Source: an uncultured Gammaproteobacteria bacterium
GTDB lineage: Bacteria > Pseudomonadota > Gammaproteobacteria > UBA9214
Length of the DNA: 64,000 nt
Assembly: GCA_963712695.1 (NCBI GenBank)
Contig: CAVQJD010000025.1
Span: forward strand, 5,289-69,288
Reading direction: 5' to 3'
The notes beneath the pieces are model-generated. The model made no database searches and was not told the DNA's origin. It saw only the letters and a list, made by a program, of their open reading frames with translations. Both the position numbers and the translations under genes were made by a program. The stretch's first letter is position 1. Each line of letters begins with the position of its first letter. Positions 1 through 11,386 of this stretch are shown piece by piece.

Positions 1-2
1 CG

Positions 3-272
3 GACAACAGCCACTACCTGGGCAACCTGTGCCGCTCCTGGGATGACGCGCTGGACAACTTCCGCTACACAGCGCTCGAGGCCAGCGCCAACCGGCCGGT
101 CGAGGCACTGCTGCCGGTCATCCTCGACCAGCTGGACGATCTCCGGGGCCTGGATTTCTATGCCTGCCTGCCGGACCCGTTACTGAATACACTGGAAAAC
201 TTCCTGCTCGCCAACGGCATCCCCGCACAGCAGATCCGGCTGGAACCCGTGCGCCAGGGCGCGTCCGGCTGA
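3..272 (+). CDS. 3' end of a probable ferredoxin-NAD(P)H reductase / CDP-6-deoxy-glucoseen reductase-like oxidoreductase (truncated by window start)
   Basis: Hand translation from 3: DNSHYLGNLCRSWDDALDNFRY...DFYACLP...GIPAQQIRLEPV...TGA(270-272). Resembles the C-terminal NAD-binding domain of FNR-type reductases. Not in the ORF track. Confidence 0.55.
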   Translation, partial: DNSHYLGNLCRSWDDALDNFRYTALEASANRPVEALLPVILDQLDDLRGLDFYACLPDPLLNTLENFLLANGIPAQQIRLEPVRQGASG

Positions 273-283
273 TCTGTAGATAC

Positions 284-303
284 CGGGTGCGTTGCATGCA
301 CCG
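284..303. repeat. REP-like palindrome (GGGTGCG-TTGCA-TGCACC) between convergent genes
   Basis: Closely resembles GGGTGCGTTTCACGCACC at 62784-62801. Confidence 0.5.
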
Positions 304-309
304 AAACGG

Positions 310-690
310 CTACTTGACGATCTTCAGTGACGGGCGTTTGCCGCCTCCCGGACCGGAATCGCCCGGTGGCGGGCTGCTGCCTTCCTGGTCACTGAATACC
401 ATGCCCCGACCATTTTCTTTGGCGTAGATGGCAAGCACCGAATCGATGGGTACGAACACGTCCGTCGCGATGCCACCGAAGCGTGCGCGGAACACCACGG
501 CATCGTTACCGAGGTTTAGACCCTCGACGGCGCCGGGGCTGATGTTGAGAACAATCTTGCCGTTCTGGCCCTGCTGGGCCGGGATATCGACACCCTCCCC
601 CTCGATATCAACCAGCAGGTGGGGTGTCATGCTGTTGTCCAGGATCCACTCGTGGATGGCACGGACGAGATACGGACGACTGCTGGTCAT
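310..690 (-). CDS. sspB: ClpXP adaptor / stringent starvation protein B
   Basis: MTSSRPYLVRAIHEWILDN...GKIVLNISP...ARFGG...AIYAKENGRGM, with C-terminal RPSLKIVK ClpX-binding tail. Follows sspA. Confidence 0.95.
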   Translation of the reverse strand: MTSSRPYLVRAIHEWILDNSMTPHLLVDIEGEGVDIPAQQGQNGKIVLNISPGAVEGLNLGNDAVVFRARFGGIATDVFVPIDSVLAIYAKENGRGMVFSDQEGSSPPPGDSGPGGGKRPSLKIVK

Positions 691-785
691 GAAGGAAACG
701 ATACTAGGAAAACCGTCGGAAAACCAATCCTGATTGATGGCGCGACAGGTACCCTGCAACAAGGCGGGTCAGATGGAGATCCGGT

Positions 786-1409
786 TCAGTCGCGCATTTC
801 CCGCTCAACCTCGGAGAGACTTTCCTGAAAGGTTTCACGCGCGAACATGCGTTCGGCGTAGTCGCTTACGGGTTTGGCCTGGCGCGGCAAATCGATACCA
901 TAATGCCGGATACGCCACAGAATCGGCAGAATAGTGGCATCTACCAGCGAAAACTCGTCGCTCAGAAAGAACGGCTTGGCGGCGAACACCTCGGCACTCG
1001 AGGTCAGGCTGTCGCGCAGCTGCTTGCGCGCCTTCGCGGCAGTTTTCTCGCCCTTCGATTCCAGGGCCGGAATCAGCGAGTACCAGTCCTGCTCGACGCG
1101 GTACAGGGCCAGCCGTGTCCGTGCGCGCGAGACCGGGTCGACCGGCATGAGCGGTGGATGCGGGAAACGCTCGTCGAGATACTCCATGATGGCGCGTGGA
1201 TCGTACAGCACCAGTTCACGGTCAACCAGGGTTGGCACGGTGTTGTAGGGATTCAGATCGATCAGGTCTTCCGGCTTGGTGCCGTCGACCTCGACAATCT
1301 CCACGGTGATGCCCTTCTCGGCCAGCACCACGCGAACCCGGTGACTCTGCGGACAACTTGCAGAAGAAAACAGACTCATCACGGAACGACGGTTCGCTAC
1401 CAGTGCCAT
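786..1409 (-). CDS. sspA: Stringent starvation protein A (GST-like)
   Basis: MALVANRRSVMSLFS...SHRVRVVLAEKG...LNPYNTVPTLVDR...YLDERFPHPPLMPVDPVSRA. Conserved petABC-sspAB order. Confidence 0.95.
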   Translation of the reverse strand: MALVANRRSVMSLFSSASCPQSHRVRVVLAEKGITVEIVEVDGTKPEDLIDLNPYNTVPTLVDRELVLYDPRAIMEYLDERFPHPPLMPVDPVSRARTRLALYRVEQDWYSLIPALESKGEKTAAKARKQLRDSLTSSAEVFAAKPFFLSDEFSLVDATILPILWRIRHYGIDLPRQAKPVSDYAERMFARETFQESLSEVEREMRD

Positions 1410-1464
1410 ATTGTATATCCCTTGAAAAATGGAATGATCCTCTCGTTCCCGTGCGCTGCCCTGT

Positions 1465-2205
1465 TCAGTGGACATCCTTCCAGTAATCGCGCTTCATCAG
1501 GTAGGCAGGTACCAGCAACAGCAGCAGGAACATGATGACCTTCACACCCAGGGCACGCCTGTCATGCTTGGCGGGCTCGCCCATGTAGTCCAGGAAGTTC
1601 ACCAGGTCGCGGATGGCCCGGTCATACTCTTTCGGGGTCAGCAGGCCCGGCTCGACCAGTTCCAGTGTAACAGCCTTGGACTTGCTGCCGTCCTCATTCT
1701 TGACGGTATGGATCACCGGCTCCTGCCAGCCCTGCAATTCCCAGAGCACATGTGGCATGCCAACGTCAGGGAAAACCAGGTTGTTGACACCGGTGATCTT
1801 GGAGTCGTCGCGATAGAAGCTGCGCATGTAGTTGTACAGCCAGTCGACACCGCGCGCGCGCGCGATTACGGTCAGGTCAGGCGGCACCGTACCGAACCAT
1901 TCCTTGGCATCATCGGGATGGGTTGCCACTGTCATCAGGTCACCCGACTTGCCACCGCTGAACACCAGATTCTGGGCGACAAGTTTCTCCTTGATGCCGA
2001 GGTCCTTGCCGATGCGCTCGTAGCGCATCAGTGCCGCCGAGTGACAGCTCAGGCAGTAGTTGACAAACAGGCGTGCGCCACGCTGCAGCGATTGCGTGTT
2101 GTTCGGGTCTATATTGGCCTCGTCCATGTGCACACCGCTGTCGCTCGAAGCAAACGCGCAGGCCGGCGCCACCACCAGCAGAAAGGCGATGAGTTGCTTT
2201 TTCAT
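1465..2205 (-). CDS. petC: Cytochrome c1 of the bc1 complex
   Basis: Signal peptide, SLQRGARLFVNYCLSCH (CxxCH), PPDLT, C-terminal TM anchor ending YWKDVH. Confidence 0.95.
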   Translation of the reverse strand: MKKQLIAFLLVVAPACAFASSDSGVHMDEANIDPNNTQSLQRGARLFVNYCLSCHSAALMRYERIGKDLGIKEKLVAQNLVFSGGKSGDLMTVATHPDDAKEWFGTVPPDLTVIARARGVDWLYNYMRSFYRDDSKITGVNNLVFPDVGMPHVLWELQGWQEPVIHTVKNEDGSKSKAVTLELVEPGLLTPKEYDRAIRDLVNFLDYMGEPAKHDRRALGVKVIMFLLLLLVPAYLMKRDYWKDVH

Positions 2206-3452
2206 GATGTCACCCTGTCAGGTACCGGTTTGGTCTTGTCCAATTTCGTGTAAATTGGCATCAGCAAGAAAAACGCGAAATAGATGATGGTGCAGATGCG
2301 GGCGATGATGGTGTACAGCGCGGTCGGCGCCTCCATGCCCAGCCAGCCCAGGATGATGAAGCTGATCACGAACAGCGCCAGCCAGACCTTGTACACGGTA
2401 CCGCGGTAGCGGATCGACTTGACCGGGCTGCGATCCAGCCAGGGCAGGAAAAACAGCACCACGATCGCCAGGCCCATAGCCAGCACGCCCGGGAACGCAG
2501 AGCCGCCGATAGAGGGCACCGCACGCAGAATGGCGTAGAACGGCGTGAAGTACCAGAGCGGCGCAATATGCTCGGGTGTTTTCAACGGGTCGGCCGGGAT
2601 GAAATTATTGGCCTCGAGGAAGTACCCGCCCATCTCCGGCAGGAAAAACACCACGATGGAGAAGAAAATCAGGAACACGATTACACCGACAATATCCTTC
2701 ACCGTGTAATACGGGTGAAAGGGAATACCGTCCAGCGGGTTGCCGTTGGCATCCTTGTGCTGTTTGATTTCGACACCGTCCGGGTTGTTCGAACCCACCT
2801 CGTGCAGCGCCAGGATATGCAGCACCACCAGCGCCAGCAGTACGATCGGCACGGCAATGACGTGGAAGGCGAAGAAGCGGTTCAGCGTGGCATCGGCAAC
2901 GACGTAGTCACCGCGAATCCAGATGGCAATCGTTTCACCGATGCCCGGAATGGCGCCAAACAGGTTGATGATCACCTGCGCCCCCCAGTAGGACATCTGG
3001 CCCCAGGGCAGCAGGTAGCCCATGAAAGCTTCCGCCATCAGGGCAACGTAGATGATCATGCCGAAGATCCAGATCAGCTCGCGTGGCTTCTTGAACGAGC
3101 CGTAGATCAGGCCGCGGAACATGTGCAGGTAGACGACAACGAAGAACGCCGAGGCGCCGGTCGAGTGCATGTACCGGATCAGCCAGCCCCAGTTCACATC
3201 GCGCATGATGTACTCGACGGAATTGAAGGCCATTGTGGCATCGGGCTTGTAGTTCATGGTCAGCCAGATGCCGGTCACGATCTGCAACACCAGCACCATC
3301 AATGCCAGCGATCCGAAGAAATACCAGAAGTTGAAATTTTTCGGCGCGTAGTACCTGGCGAGGTGCTCGTTCCACATGCTACTCAGCGGGAAGCGCGCAT
3401 CGATCCAGCCAAGTAGCCCGCCCTGCCATTTTTCACTCGTATTGCCAGCCAT
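2202..3452 (-). CDS. petB: Cytochrome b of the bc1 complex
   Basis: YYAPKNFNFWYFFG, IRYMHSTGAS, LPWGQMSYWGA, TLNRFFAFH, and PEHIAPLWYF (PEWY-equivalent). Confidence 0.97.
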   Translation of the reverse strand: MAGNTSEKWQGGLLGWIDARFPLSSMWNEHLARYYAPKNFNFWYFFGSLALMVLVLQIVTGIWLTMNYKPDATMAFNSVEYIMRDVNWGWLIRYMHSTGASAFFVVVYLHMFRGLIYGSFKKPRELIWIFGMIIYVALMAEAFMGYLLPWGQMSYWGAQVIINLFGAIPGIGETIAIWIRGDYVVADATLNRFFAFHVIAVPIVLLALVVLHILALHEVGSNNPDGVEIKQHKDANGNPLDGIPFHPYYTVKDIVGVIVFLIFFSIVVFFLPEMGGYFLEANNFIPADPLKTPEHIAPLWYFTPFYAILRAVPSIGGSAFPGVLAMGLAIVVLFFLPWLDRSPVKSIRYRGTVYKVWLALFVISFIILGWLGMEAPTALYTIIARICTIIYFAFFLLMPIYTKLDKTKPVPDRVTS

Positions 3453-4045
3453 TATGCGGTCTCCTCGTCTTCGCCGATGATGAGCTCGGCATCACTCAGG
3501 TAGCGGTAGGGCGGGACCGGCAGGTTCGTGGGTGCCGGCATGCCCTTGAATACACGCCCGGCGATATCGAACTTGGAACCGTGACAGGGACAGAAGAAAC
3601 CACCCTGCCAATCCGGACCCAGGTCGGCCGGCGCCACGTCGGGTCGGTAGGTCGGCGAGCAGCCCAGGTGGGTGCAGATACCGACCAGTACGAGAATTTC
3701 CGGCTTGATCGAACGCAGCTCGTTCTGTGCATAGCCAGGCTGATCGGAAACCTGCGACCCGGGGTCGGCCAGTTTCGCATCCATGCTTGACAGCTTGTCG
3801 AGGTTGTCCTGGGTACGCTTGACGATCCAGACCGGTTTGCCGCGCCACTTGACGCGAATCATCTGACCGGGTTCGAGCTTGCTGATGTCGGCACGGACCG
3901 GTGCGCCGGCTGCACGCGCCTTCGCACTGGGCTGCATGGAAGAAATAAAGGGTACCAGGAAAAAGCCAGCTCCAACCGCGCCAACGACACTGGTGGCCGC
4001 GGTCAGGAATCGGCGTCTGCCGGAATTGGTTTCCTCGCCACTCAT
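3452..4045 (-). CDS. petA: Rieske Fe-S subunit of the bc1 complex
   Basis: Tat-like RRRFL, CTHLGC and CPCHGS Rieske boxes. Start set at MSGEE. Confidence 0.96.
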   Translation of the reverse strand: MSGEETNSGRRRFLTAATSVVGAVGAGFFLVPFISSMQPSAKARAAGAPVRADISKLEPGQMIRVKWRGKPVWIVKRTQDNLDKLSSMDAKLADPGSQVSDQPGYAQNELRSIKPEILVLVGICTHLGCSPTYRPDVAPADLGPDWQGGFFCPCHGSKFDIAGRVFKGMPAPTNLPVPPYRYLSDAELIIGEDEETA

Positions 4046-4256
4046 ACGGGCAATCTCCAGAAGTTTTACAAAATTCAATGAGTTATGTGCATCCAAAAGC
4101 TGTTGCCAGCAGTGGATGCATAACAACCAAATCGGAATATTCTGAATTGTTTCAGGCAGATTCCAAGGGCCGTATAGGATCGTCTATGTCCCTGCCAAGG
4201 TCAAGGGCAATACCGCTCGAAACAGGGCCCGCTGCCACGCCGCGGCACCTGCCAGG

Positions 4257-5015
4257 TCATACCGGGTTGTCGATATTGATGAACCGGTGCTGCAAACCGA
4301 AGCGCTCGGCCAGGTGTTCGCCCAGCGCGAAGGCGCCGAAGCGTTCCGTTGCGTGATGCCCCGCCGCAAAGTAGTGGATACCGGTCTCGCGCGCCACGTG
4401 TACGGTCTGCTCGGAAATCTCGCCACTCAGGAAAGCATCCAGCCCCAGTTCGGCCGCGGCCTCGATATAGGACTGTGCCGCACCGGTACACCAGCCGACA
4501 CGTTCGATCTGCGGCGAGCTGCCCGCGATGTGCTGTGGCGAGCGCCCCAGGGTGCTTTCGATGTATTCACAGAACGCCGCCGCATCCAGCGGTCGTGACA
4601 GGCGCCCGTAATGTGCCAGCTCCATGCCGCCGTCGTGGCCAAAGCGCCCTTCCGTCTCCAGACCCAGGACACGCGCCAGCTGGATGTTGTTACCGAACTG
4701 CGCATGTGCATCGAGCGGCAGGTGATACGCCAGCAGGCTGATATCGGCATCGAGCAGGGCCTGCAGGCGGCGCCGTTTCATGCCTGTCACACAGGCATTC
4801 TCGCCTTTCCAGAAATAGCCATGGTGGACCAGCAGCGCATCGGCGCCGGCCTCGATCGCGGCCTCGACCAGCGCCAGGCTGGCGGTCACGCCGCTGGCCA
4901 GCACCTTGACCTGCGCAGCTCCCTCGACCTGCAGCCCGTTGGGGCAGTAATCGCCGAAGCTGGTCACATCAAGCAGTTTGTCCGTATAGTCAACCAGTTC
5001 CTTAAGCGCTACCAT
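4257..5015 (-). CDS. Nif3-like dinuclear metal-centre protein (YbgI family)
   Basis: DYCPNGLQVEG, LLVHHGYFW, YHLPLDAH, GHHATERFG, DIDNPV-type C-terminus. Confidence 0.92.
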   Translation of the reverse strand: MVALKELVDYTDKLLDVTSFGDYCPNGLQVEGAAQVKVLASGVTASLALVEAAIEAGADALLVHHGYFWKGENACVTGMKRRRLQALLDADISLLAYHLPLDAHAQFGNNIQLARVLGLETEGRFGHDGGMELAHYGRLSRPLDAAAFCEYIESTLGRSPQHIAGSSPQIERVGWCTGAAQSYIEAAAELGLDAFLSGEISEQTVHVARETGIHYFAAGHHATERFGAFALGEHLAERFGLQHRFINIDNPV

Positions 5016-5086
5016 CGCGTGACTTCCTGTACAGGTTACCGACCCGGCATCGGAGAACGTCGTGCAGCTCACAGGTTAACCGACCT

Positions 5087-6283
5087 ATGGCAATTCGCAA
5101 ACCTCTCAACTTCATCCTGCAGACCATCGTGGTCGGTCTGGCGGCCGCGTTCATCTACGTCCTGCTGATCGAGCCACAACTGCTGAAAACCGACGCCAAT
5201 GTCGTGGAAGTTACCGAGATCCCGGCAACCCCCTCTGAAACCGCGCCAGCTGGCAACGGTGTCTTCAGCGGCATGGGCGTCGGACCGGTGTCATACGCTG
5301 ACGCGGTGCAGCGCGCGGCGCCTGCCGTGGTAAACGTGCACACTGCCAAGGTTATTACCCGCAAGGTACATCCGTTGCTCGATGATCCGGTTTTCCAGCG
5401 CTTCTTCGGTGATCGCATCGGGCAGTCCCGGCACGAGATACAGACCAGCCTGGGCTCGGGCGTGCTCATCAGCAAGCAGGGCTACGTGCTGACCAATAAT
5501 CACGTCATCGACGGTGCGGACGAAATCCAGGTGCTGCTGGCCGACGGCCGCAGCGCACAGGCCATGGTGGTCGGCACCGACGCCGATACAGACATCGCCG
5601 TGCTGTATATCAAGGCCGACAACCTGCCGGCCATCGTCATCGGCAACTCGAAGCGGCTGCGTGTCGGCGACGTGGCGCTGGCCATCGGCAATCCGTTCGG
5701 TGTCGGCCAGACCGTCACCTTCGGCATCATCAGTGCCACCGGCCGCGACCACCTCGGCATCAATGCCTTCGAGGAATTCATCCAGACCGACGCGGCCATC
5801 AATCCCGGCAATTCTGGCGGCGCACTGATCAATGCCAGCGGTGAACTGATTGGCATCAACTCGGCTATCTACAGTCGTTCCGGTGGTTCGCAGGGTATCG
5901 GCTTCGCCATCCCCATCAACCTGGCCAAGGGTGTGATGACGCAGATTATCGAGCAGGGTCACGTCGTGCGCGGCTGGCTCGGTATCGAGGCGCAGGACCT
6001 GACTGTGCAGCTGGCGGAGTCGTTCGGACTGGCCAGCACCCATGGTGTGCTGATCTCCGGCGTACTGCGCGATGGGCCAGCAGACAAGGCGGGCCTGCTG
6101 CCCGGTGACGTCGTCACCAGCGTCAACGGGCGCGAGGTCAACGATTCCAGTGCAGCAATGAAGGTCATCTCGGAACAAAAACCCGAGAGTGTAATCGTGC
6201 TGGGCGGCATCCGTGACGCCAAGCCGTTCTACCTCAAGGTGCGCGTGCAGCAACGCCCGCGCCAGGCAGGACTCGGCAACTAG
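5087..6283 (+). CDS. degS: Periplasmic serine protease DegS/AlgW (trypsin domain plus one PDZ)
   Basis: N-terminal TM, SLGSGV, TNNHVI, IQTDAAINPGNSGGAL, PDZ domain. Conserved Nif3-degS-his context. Confidence 0.88.
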   Translation: MAIRKPLNFILQTIVVGLAAAFIYVLLIEPQLLKTDANVVEVTEIPATPSETAPAGNGVFSGMGVGPVSYADAVQRAAPAVVNVHTAKVITRKVHPLLDDPVFQRFFGDRIGQSRHEIQTSLGSGVLISKQGYVLTNNHVIDGADEIQVLLADGRSAQAMVVGTDADTDIAVLYIKADNLPAIVIGNSKRLRVGDVALAIGNPFGVGQTVTFGIISATGRDHLGINAFEEFIQTDAAINPGNSGGALINASGELIGINSAIYSRSGGSQGIGFAIPINLAKGVMTQIIEQGHVVRGWLGIEAQDLTVQLAESFGLASTHGVLISGVLRDGPADKAGLLPGDVVTSVNGREVNDSSAAMKVISEQKPESVIVLGGIRDAKPFYLKVRVQQRPRQAGLGN

Positions 6284-6369
6284 TGAGACGTCTCACGTAT
6301 CACGTATCACGTATCACGTATCACGTATCACGTATCACGTATCACGTATCACGTCTCACGTCTCACGTA
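6283..6369 (+). repeat. Heptamer tandem array TCACGTA x8, TCACGTC x2, TCACGTA (6293-6369), overlapped at its start by the perfect palindrome GTGAGACGTCTCAC (6283-6296)
   Basis: Read directly from the sequence. Begins at the degS stop codon. Confidence 0.95.
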
Positions 6370-6396
6370 GTATTGCCCCACCGCCGGACAATCAGA

Positions 6397-6425
6397 TTAT
6401 TTTTCTGTGTCCTTCCGTGGCCATT
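6397..6425 (+). repeat. TTCCGTG...GGCCATT core repeat (copy 1)
   Basis: TTATTTTTCTGTGTCCTTCCGTGGCCATT. Matches the copies at 46446, 63747 and 63854. Confidence 0.8.
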
Positions 6426-7504
6426 CAGATCAAATCACCCAGCGCGGCAAGAAAAGCCGCGTTCTCGGCTGGCAGCCCGACTGTCACGCGCAGGCAGTCA
6501 TGCAGTGCCGGCATCGAGCCATCCAGATTCTTGATCAGGATACCGGCCTGCCTGAGGGCCGCGAAGATCTCCCCGGCACGCCCGTCCGGTACGCGGAACA
6601 GGATGAAGTTGGCCTCGCTTGGATAAACGACCAGCTGTTCGAGTCGGCGCAACCCGGCATCGAGCGCGGCGCGCGCCGCGCGTATCGCCAGCGCCTGTGC
6701 ATCAAAAACGTCCTTGTGCTGCAGCGCCAGTCGCCCGGTCACCTGGTTGAGCGTACCGATGTTATAGGGCAGACGCGTCTTGTCGATCTGCTCGATCCAC
6801 GCCGGGTGGCCAGCCAGCAGGCCCAGCCGCAATCCGGCCAGGCCGAGCTTGGACACGGTACGCAGCACCAGCAGGTTGTCATGGTATTCAAGCTCCGGCA
6901 TGAAGCTGGCATCGGCGAATGGTGCATAAGCCTCATCCACCACGACCAGTCCACTGGCGCATTGCAGAATTTCGCGGATGACACCGGCATCGAACAGGTT
7001 GCCGGTTGGATTGTTTGGATAGGCCAGAAAGATCACTGCCGGTTGCGTGCTGGCCACGGCATCGAGTATCGACCGCCGCTCCAGCGCAAACTGTTCTGTC
7101 AGCGGTACACCGACAAACGCCAGCCCGGCCACGGTAGCGATCTGCCGGTACATGACGAAGGTCGGTTGCGGCGCCATGATGATGCGCCCGGGCCCGGCTA
7201 CTGTCTGGATGATCATCTGGATCAGCTCGTCGGAGCCGTTGCCGAGCATGACACCGGCCGCGGGCGGCACGGCCATGGCCATGCGCAGTGCCGACTCCAG
7301 ATTGTGCGCGGTAGGATCGGGATAGCGATTCAGCTCCAGCTCGTGCAACGCTTCCAGCCAGGCGCCACGCAGCTGCTCCGGCCATGGCCACGGGTTCTCC
7401 ATGGCATCGAGCTTGATCATGCCTGTCGCCGGCGGCACGTGGTAGGCGCGCATGGCCTGGATTTCCGGGCGTACCAGCTGTTTGATCCGGTCCTGTATGG
7501 TCAT
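6425..7504 (-). CDS. hisC: Histidinol-phosphate aminotransferase
   Basis: KLDAMENP, NRYPDP, GNGSDELI, YPNNPTG, VDEAY, RTVSK (PLP Lys). Downstream of hisD. Confidence 0.95.
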   Translation of the reverse strand: MTIQDRIKQLVRPEIQAMRAYHVPPATGMIKLDAMENPWPWPEQLRGAWLEALHELELNRYPDPTAHNLESALRMAMAVPPAAGVMLGNGSDELIQMIIQTVAGPGRIIMAPQPTFVMYRQIATVAGLAFVGVPLTEQFALERRSILDAVASTQPAVIFLAYPNNPTGNLFDAGVIREILQCASGLVVVDEAYAPFADASFMPELEYHDNLLVLRTVSKLGLAGLRLGLLAGHPAWIEQIDKTRLPYNIGTLNQVTGRLALQHKDVFDAQALAIRAARAALDAGLRRLEQLVVYPSEANFILFRVPDGRAGEIFAALRQAGILIKNLDGSMPALHDCLRVTVGLPAENAAFLAALGDLI

Positions 7505-7512
7505 CGCATCAT

Positions 7513-7695
7513 GACGTGAGACGTGAAAGGTGAGACGTGAAATGTAATGGCCACGAAATCCACGGAGGAACGGAAATACAATTGAGGGTTATCACGTGCA
7601 TCCATCACCTTTCACCTTTCACCTTTCACCTTTCACCTTTCACCTTTCACGTTTCACCATTCACGTCTCACGTCTCACGTCTCACCTTTCACGTT
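7513..7695. repeat. Composite repeat: inverted heptamers (7513-7540), inverted core AATGGCCACGAAATCCACGGAGGAACGGAAATA (7546-7578), and 13 forward heptamers TCACCTT/TCACGTC (7605-7695)
   Basis: Read directly from the sequence. Fills the hisD-hisC intergenic space and overlaps the last hisD codons. Confidence 0.93.
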
Positions 7696-8982
7696 AATGC
7701 GAACCTCGGCGGATCGGGCGTGCGCGGCCAGGCCCTCGCCGTGCGCGAGCACCGCCGCGGTTTTACCCAGTGTGCTGGCACCCGCAACCGAGCAGTGGAT
7801 GAGACTCGAGCGCTTCTGGAAATCGTACACGCCCAGCGGTGACGAGAAGCGTGCCGTGCGCGAGGTCGGCAGCACGTGATTCGGGCCGGCACAGTAATCA
7901 CCGAGCACCTCCGCCGTGTAACGTCCCATGAAGATCGCACCGGCATGACGGATGCCGGCAATCAGCGGCTGCGGATCCTCGACCGACAGTTCCAGGTGCT
8001 CCGGTGCCACCTGGTTGGCAACCGCGATCGCCTCGTCCATGTCCCGCACCTGGATCAGCGCGCCCTGCCCCGCGAGCGATGCTGCAATGATCTCTGCACG
8101 CGGCATGTCCGGCAGCAGGCGTTCGATACTCGCCGCTACCCGGTCGAGAAACGCCGTGTCGGGACTGACCAGAATGGACTGTGCATCCTCGTCGTGTTCG
8201 GCCTGGGAAAACAGGTCGATGGCGATCCAGTCCGGGTCAGTCCGGCCGTCGCAGATCACCAGGATTTCAGACGGGCCGGCAATCATGTCGATGCCGACCT
8301 TGCCAAAGACCATCCGCTTGGCGGACGCCACATAGGCATTACCCGGTCCGACGATCTTGTCCACCGCCGGGACGCTCTCGGTGCCATAGGCAAGTGCAGC
8401 GATTGCCTGTGCGCCGCCGATTGCGAACACGCGATCAACGCCGGCGATATGTGCCGCTGCCAGCACCATGTCGTTTACCTCGCCACCCGGGGTTGGCACA
8501 ACCATGACGAGCTCCTGCACACCGGCGACCTTGGCTGGAATTGCGTTCATGAGCACGGACGACGGGTAGGCCGCCTTGCCGCCTGGTACATACAGGCCGA
8601 CCCGGTCCATTGGTGTGACCTGCTGGCCGAGCAGCGTGCCGTCTGCCTCGGTATAGGACCAGGATTCGAGTATCTGGTGTTGTGCATAGGCACGCACGCG
8701 GGCAGCGGCCGTATCCAGCGCCGCATGCCGTTCCGCGCCGATGGCGGTAACGGCGGCGCGGCAGTCCACCAGCGGGATCTCCAGGCCATTGTGCACGGTG
8801 CGCCGGTCGAAGCGCTCGGTAAACTCGATCAGCGCCGCATCGCCACGCGTACGCACTGCAGAGATGATCTCGCGCACCACGGACTCGACCTTCAGGTCGG
8901 CCGACTGTTCCCAGTCCAGCAGCCTTTCCAGGTCTGCCGCAAAGCTTGCGTCCCGTGAATCGAATCGCCTGATTTCAACCAT
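7675..8982 (-). CDS. hisD: Histidinol dehydrogenase
   Basis: [62 protein letters not shown]. Confidence 0.96.
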   Translation of the reverse strand: MVEIRRFDSRDASFAADLERLLDWEQSADLKVESVVREIISAVRTRGDAALIEFTERFDRRTVHNGLEIPLVDCRAAVTAIGAERHAALDTAAARVRAYAQHQILESWSYTEADGTLLGQQVTPMDRVGLYVPGGKAAYPSSVLMNAIPAKVAGVQELVMVVPTPGGEVNDMVLAAAHIAGVDRVFAIGGAQAIAALAYGTESVPAVDKIVGPGNAYVASAKRMVFGKVGIDMIAGPSEILVICDGRTDPDWIAIDLFSQAEHDEDAQSILVSPDTAFLDRVAASIERLLPDMPRAEIIAASLAGQGALIQVRDMDEAIAVANQVAPEHLELSVEDPQPLIAGIRHAGAIFMGRYTAEVLGDYCAGPNHVLPTSRTARFSSPLGVYDFQKRSSLIHCSVAGASTLGKTAAVLAHGEGLAAHARSAEVRINVKGET

Positions 8983-9053
8983 GCCTGATATCGTCCGCAT
9001 CACTGTCAGCCGGGGGAGTGTACATCGGGCCGCGCGTCACCGTTCGGCCCCGC

Positions 9054-9686
9054 TCAGTCCTCGCACGCCGTGCGCAGCCGGGCGATAAAATCACTGATAC
9101 GGCCATGCTTCATTTTCATGGAAGCCTTGTTGACCACCAGCCGCGAACTGATGTCCGCAATGTGCTCGAGTGGCACCAGTCCGTTCGCCTTCAGGGTGTT
9201 GCCGGTATCCACCACGTCGACAATGCGGTCTGCCAGCCCGACCAGCGGTGCCAGCTCCATGGAACCATACAGCTTGATAATTTCGACCTGCTCCTGGCGG
9301 TCGGCGTAGAAGCGGCGTGTGCTGTGCACGTACTTGGTCGCGATGCGCATGCGCCGGCGTGTCATGCTGCCCGATGCGGGGCCTGCCACCATCAGCCGGC
9401 AGCGCGCGATCCTGAGATCGAGGGGCTCATACAAGCCCTCGCCACCGTGTTCCATGAGTACATCCTTGCCGGCGACACCCATGTCCGCCGCACCGTAACC
9501 GACGTAGGTCGGCACATCGGCGGCGCGAATGATGACCAGCTTCACGTCCTCCTGGTTGGTATCCAGGATGAGCTTGCGGCTCGTTTCCGGGTCATCGAGC
9601 GGCGTGATCCCCGCGGCCTCCAGCAACGGCAGGGTTTCCTCGAAGATGCGTCCCTTGGACAGGGCTATGGTCAGTGCGGGATTCAT
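9054..9686 (-). CDS. hisG: ATP phosphoribosyltransferase, short form (HisZ-dependent type)
   Basis: [56 protein letters not shown]. 210 aa, no C-terminal regulatory domain. Confidence 0.95.
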   Translation of the reverse strand: MNPALTIALSKGRIFEETLPLLEAAGITPLDDPETSRKLILDTNQEDVKLVIIRAADVPTYVGYGAADMGVAGKDVLMEHGGEGLYEPLDLRIARCRLMVAGPASGSMTRRRMRIATKYVHSTRRFYADRQEQVEIIKLYGSMELAPLVGLADRIVDVVDTGNTLKANGLVPLEHIADISSRLVVNKASMKMKHGRISDFIARLRTACED

Positions 9687-9771
9687 GGTGGCCAAGTTTC
9701 CGGCAGATACCGCCAGTTTACAAGCTCGCCGGCAGTCACATAACGAAACGCGAGGTCCAGTCAGCGCAGCA

Positions 9772-11049
<1,278 letters not shown>

Positions 11050-11061
11050 TCAGTCCGGTCC

Positions 11062-11307
11062 CTATTGAATACGTCGCTTGCTGCGCCACTGTTCAGGTGT
11101 GTAGGTGCGCAGCGCCAACGCGTGGATCTCGCCGCCCATACGGTCACCCAGCGTGCCGTACACCATCTGGTGCTGCCTGACCATGCTATGGCCCACGAAG
11201 CGGTCGCTGACAACGGTGGCCTCGAAGTGATCGCCCTCGCCTTTCACCATGACTTCTGCACCGGGGATCCCGGCAATGATCAACGCTTCAAGCTCCTTGC
11301 ACTGCAT
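11062..11307 (-). CDS. ibaG: BolA/IbaG family protein
   Basis: [37 protein letters not shown]. Directly upstream of murA. Confidence 0.85.
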   Translation of the reverse strand: MQCKELEALIIAGIPGAEVMVKGEGDHFEATVVSDRFVGHSMVRQHQMVYGTLGDRMGGEIHALALRTYTPEQWRSKRRIQ

Positions 11308-11386
11308 ATCCAGACCCCGGTTAACGACAGTAATCAGGACCGGCCACGCGCCTGCCGCGCAGTAATGACCGGTCGCACAATGCATT

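Noticed and set aside
6293..6369. Heptamer arrays or core repeats as a CRISPR array
   Set aside because: The units are 7-bp tandem repeats with no unique spacers, the 30-bp cores are not regularly spaced, and there are no cas genes.
6213..6626. ORFs with SRITYHV/SPFTFHL/SRLTSHV repeats (6213-6626, 6283-6534, 7537-7842, and the 5' part of 63124-63726)
   Set aside because: They are by-products of the stop-free strand of the heptamer arrays, have no clear RBS, and overlap or extend real genes.
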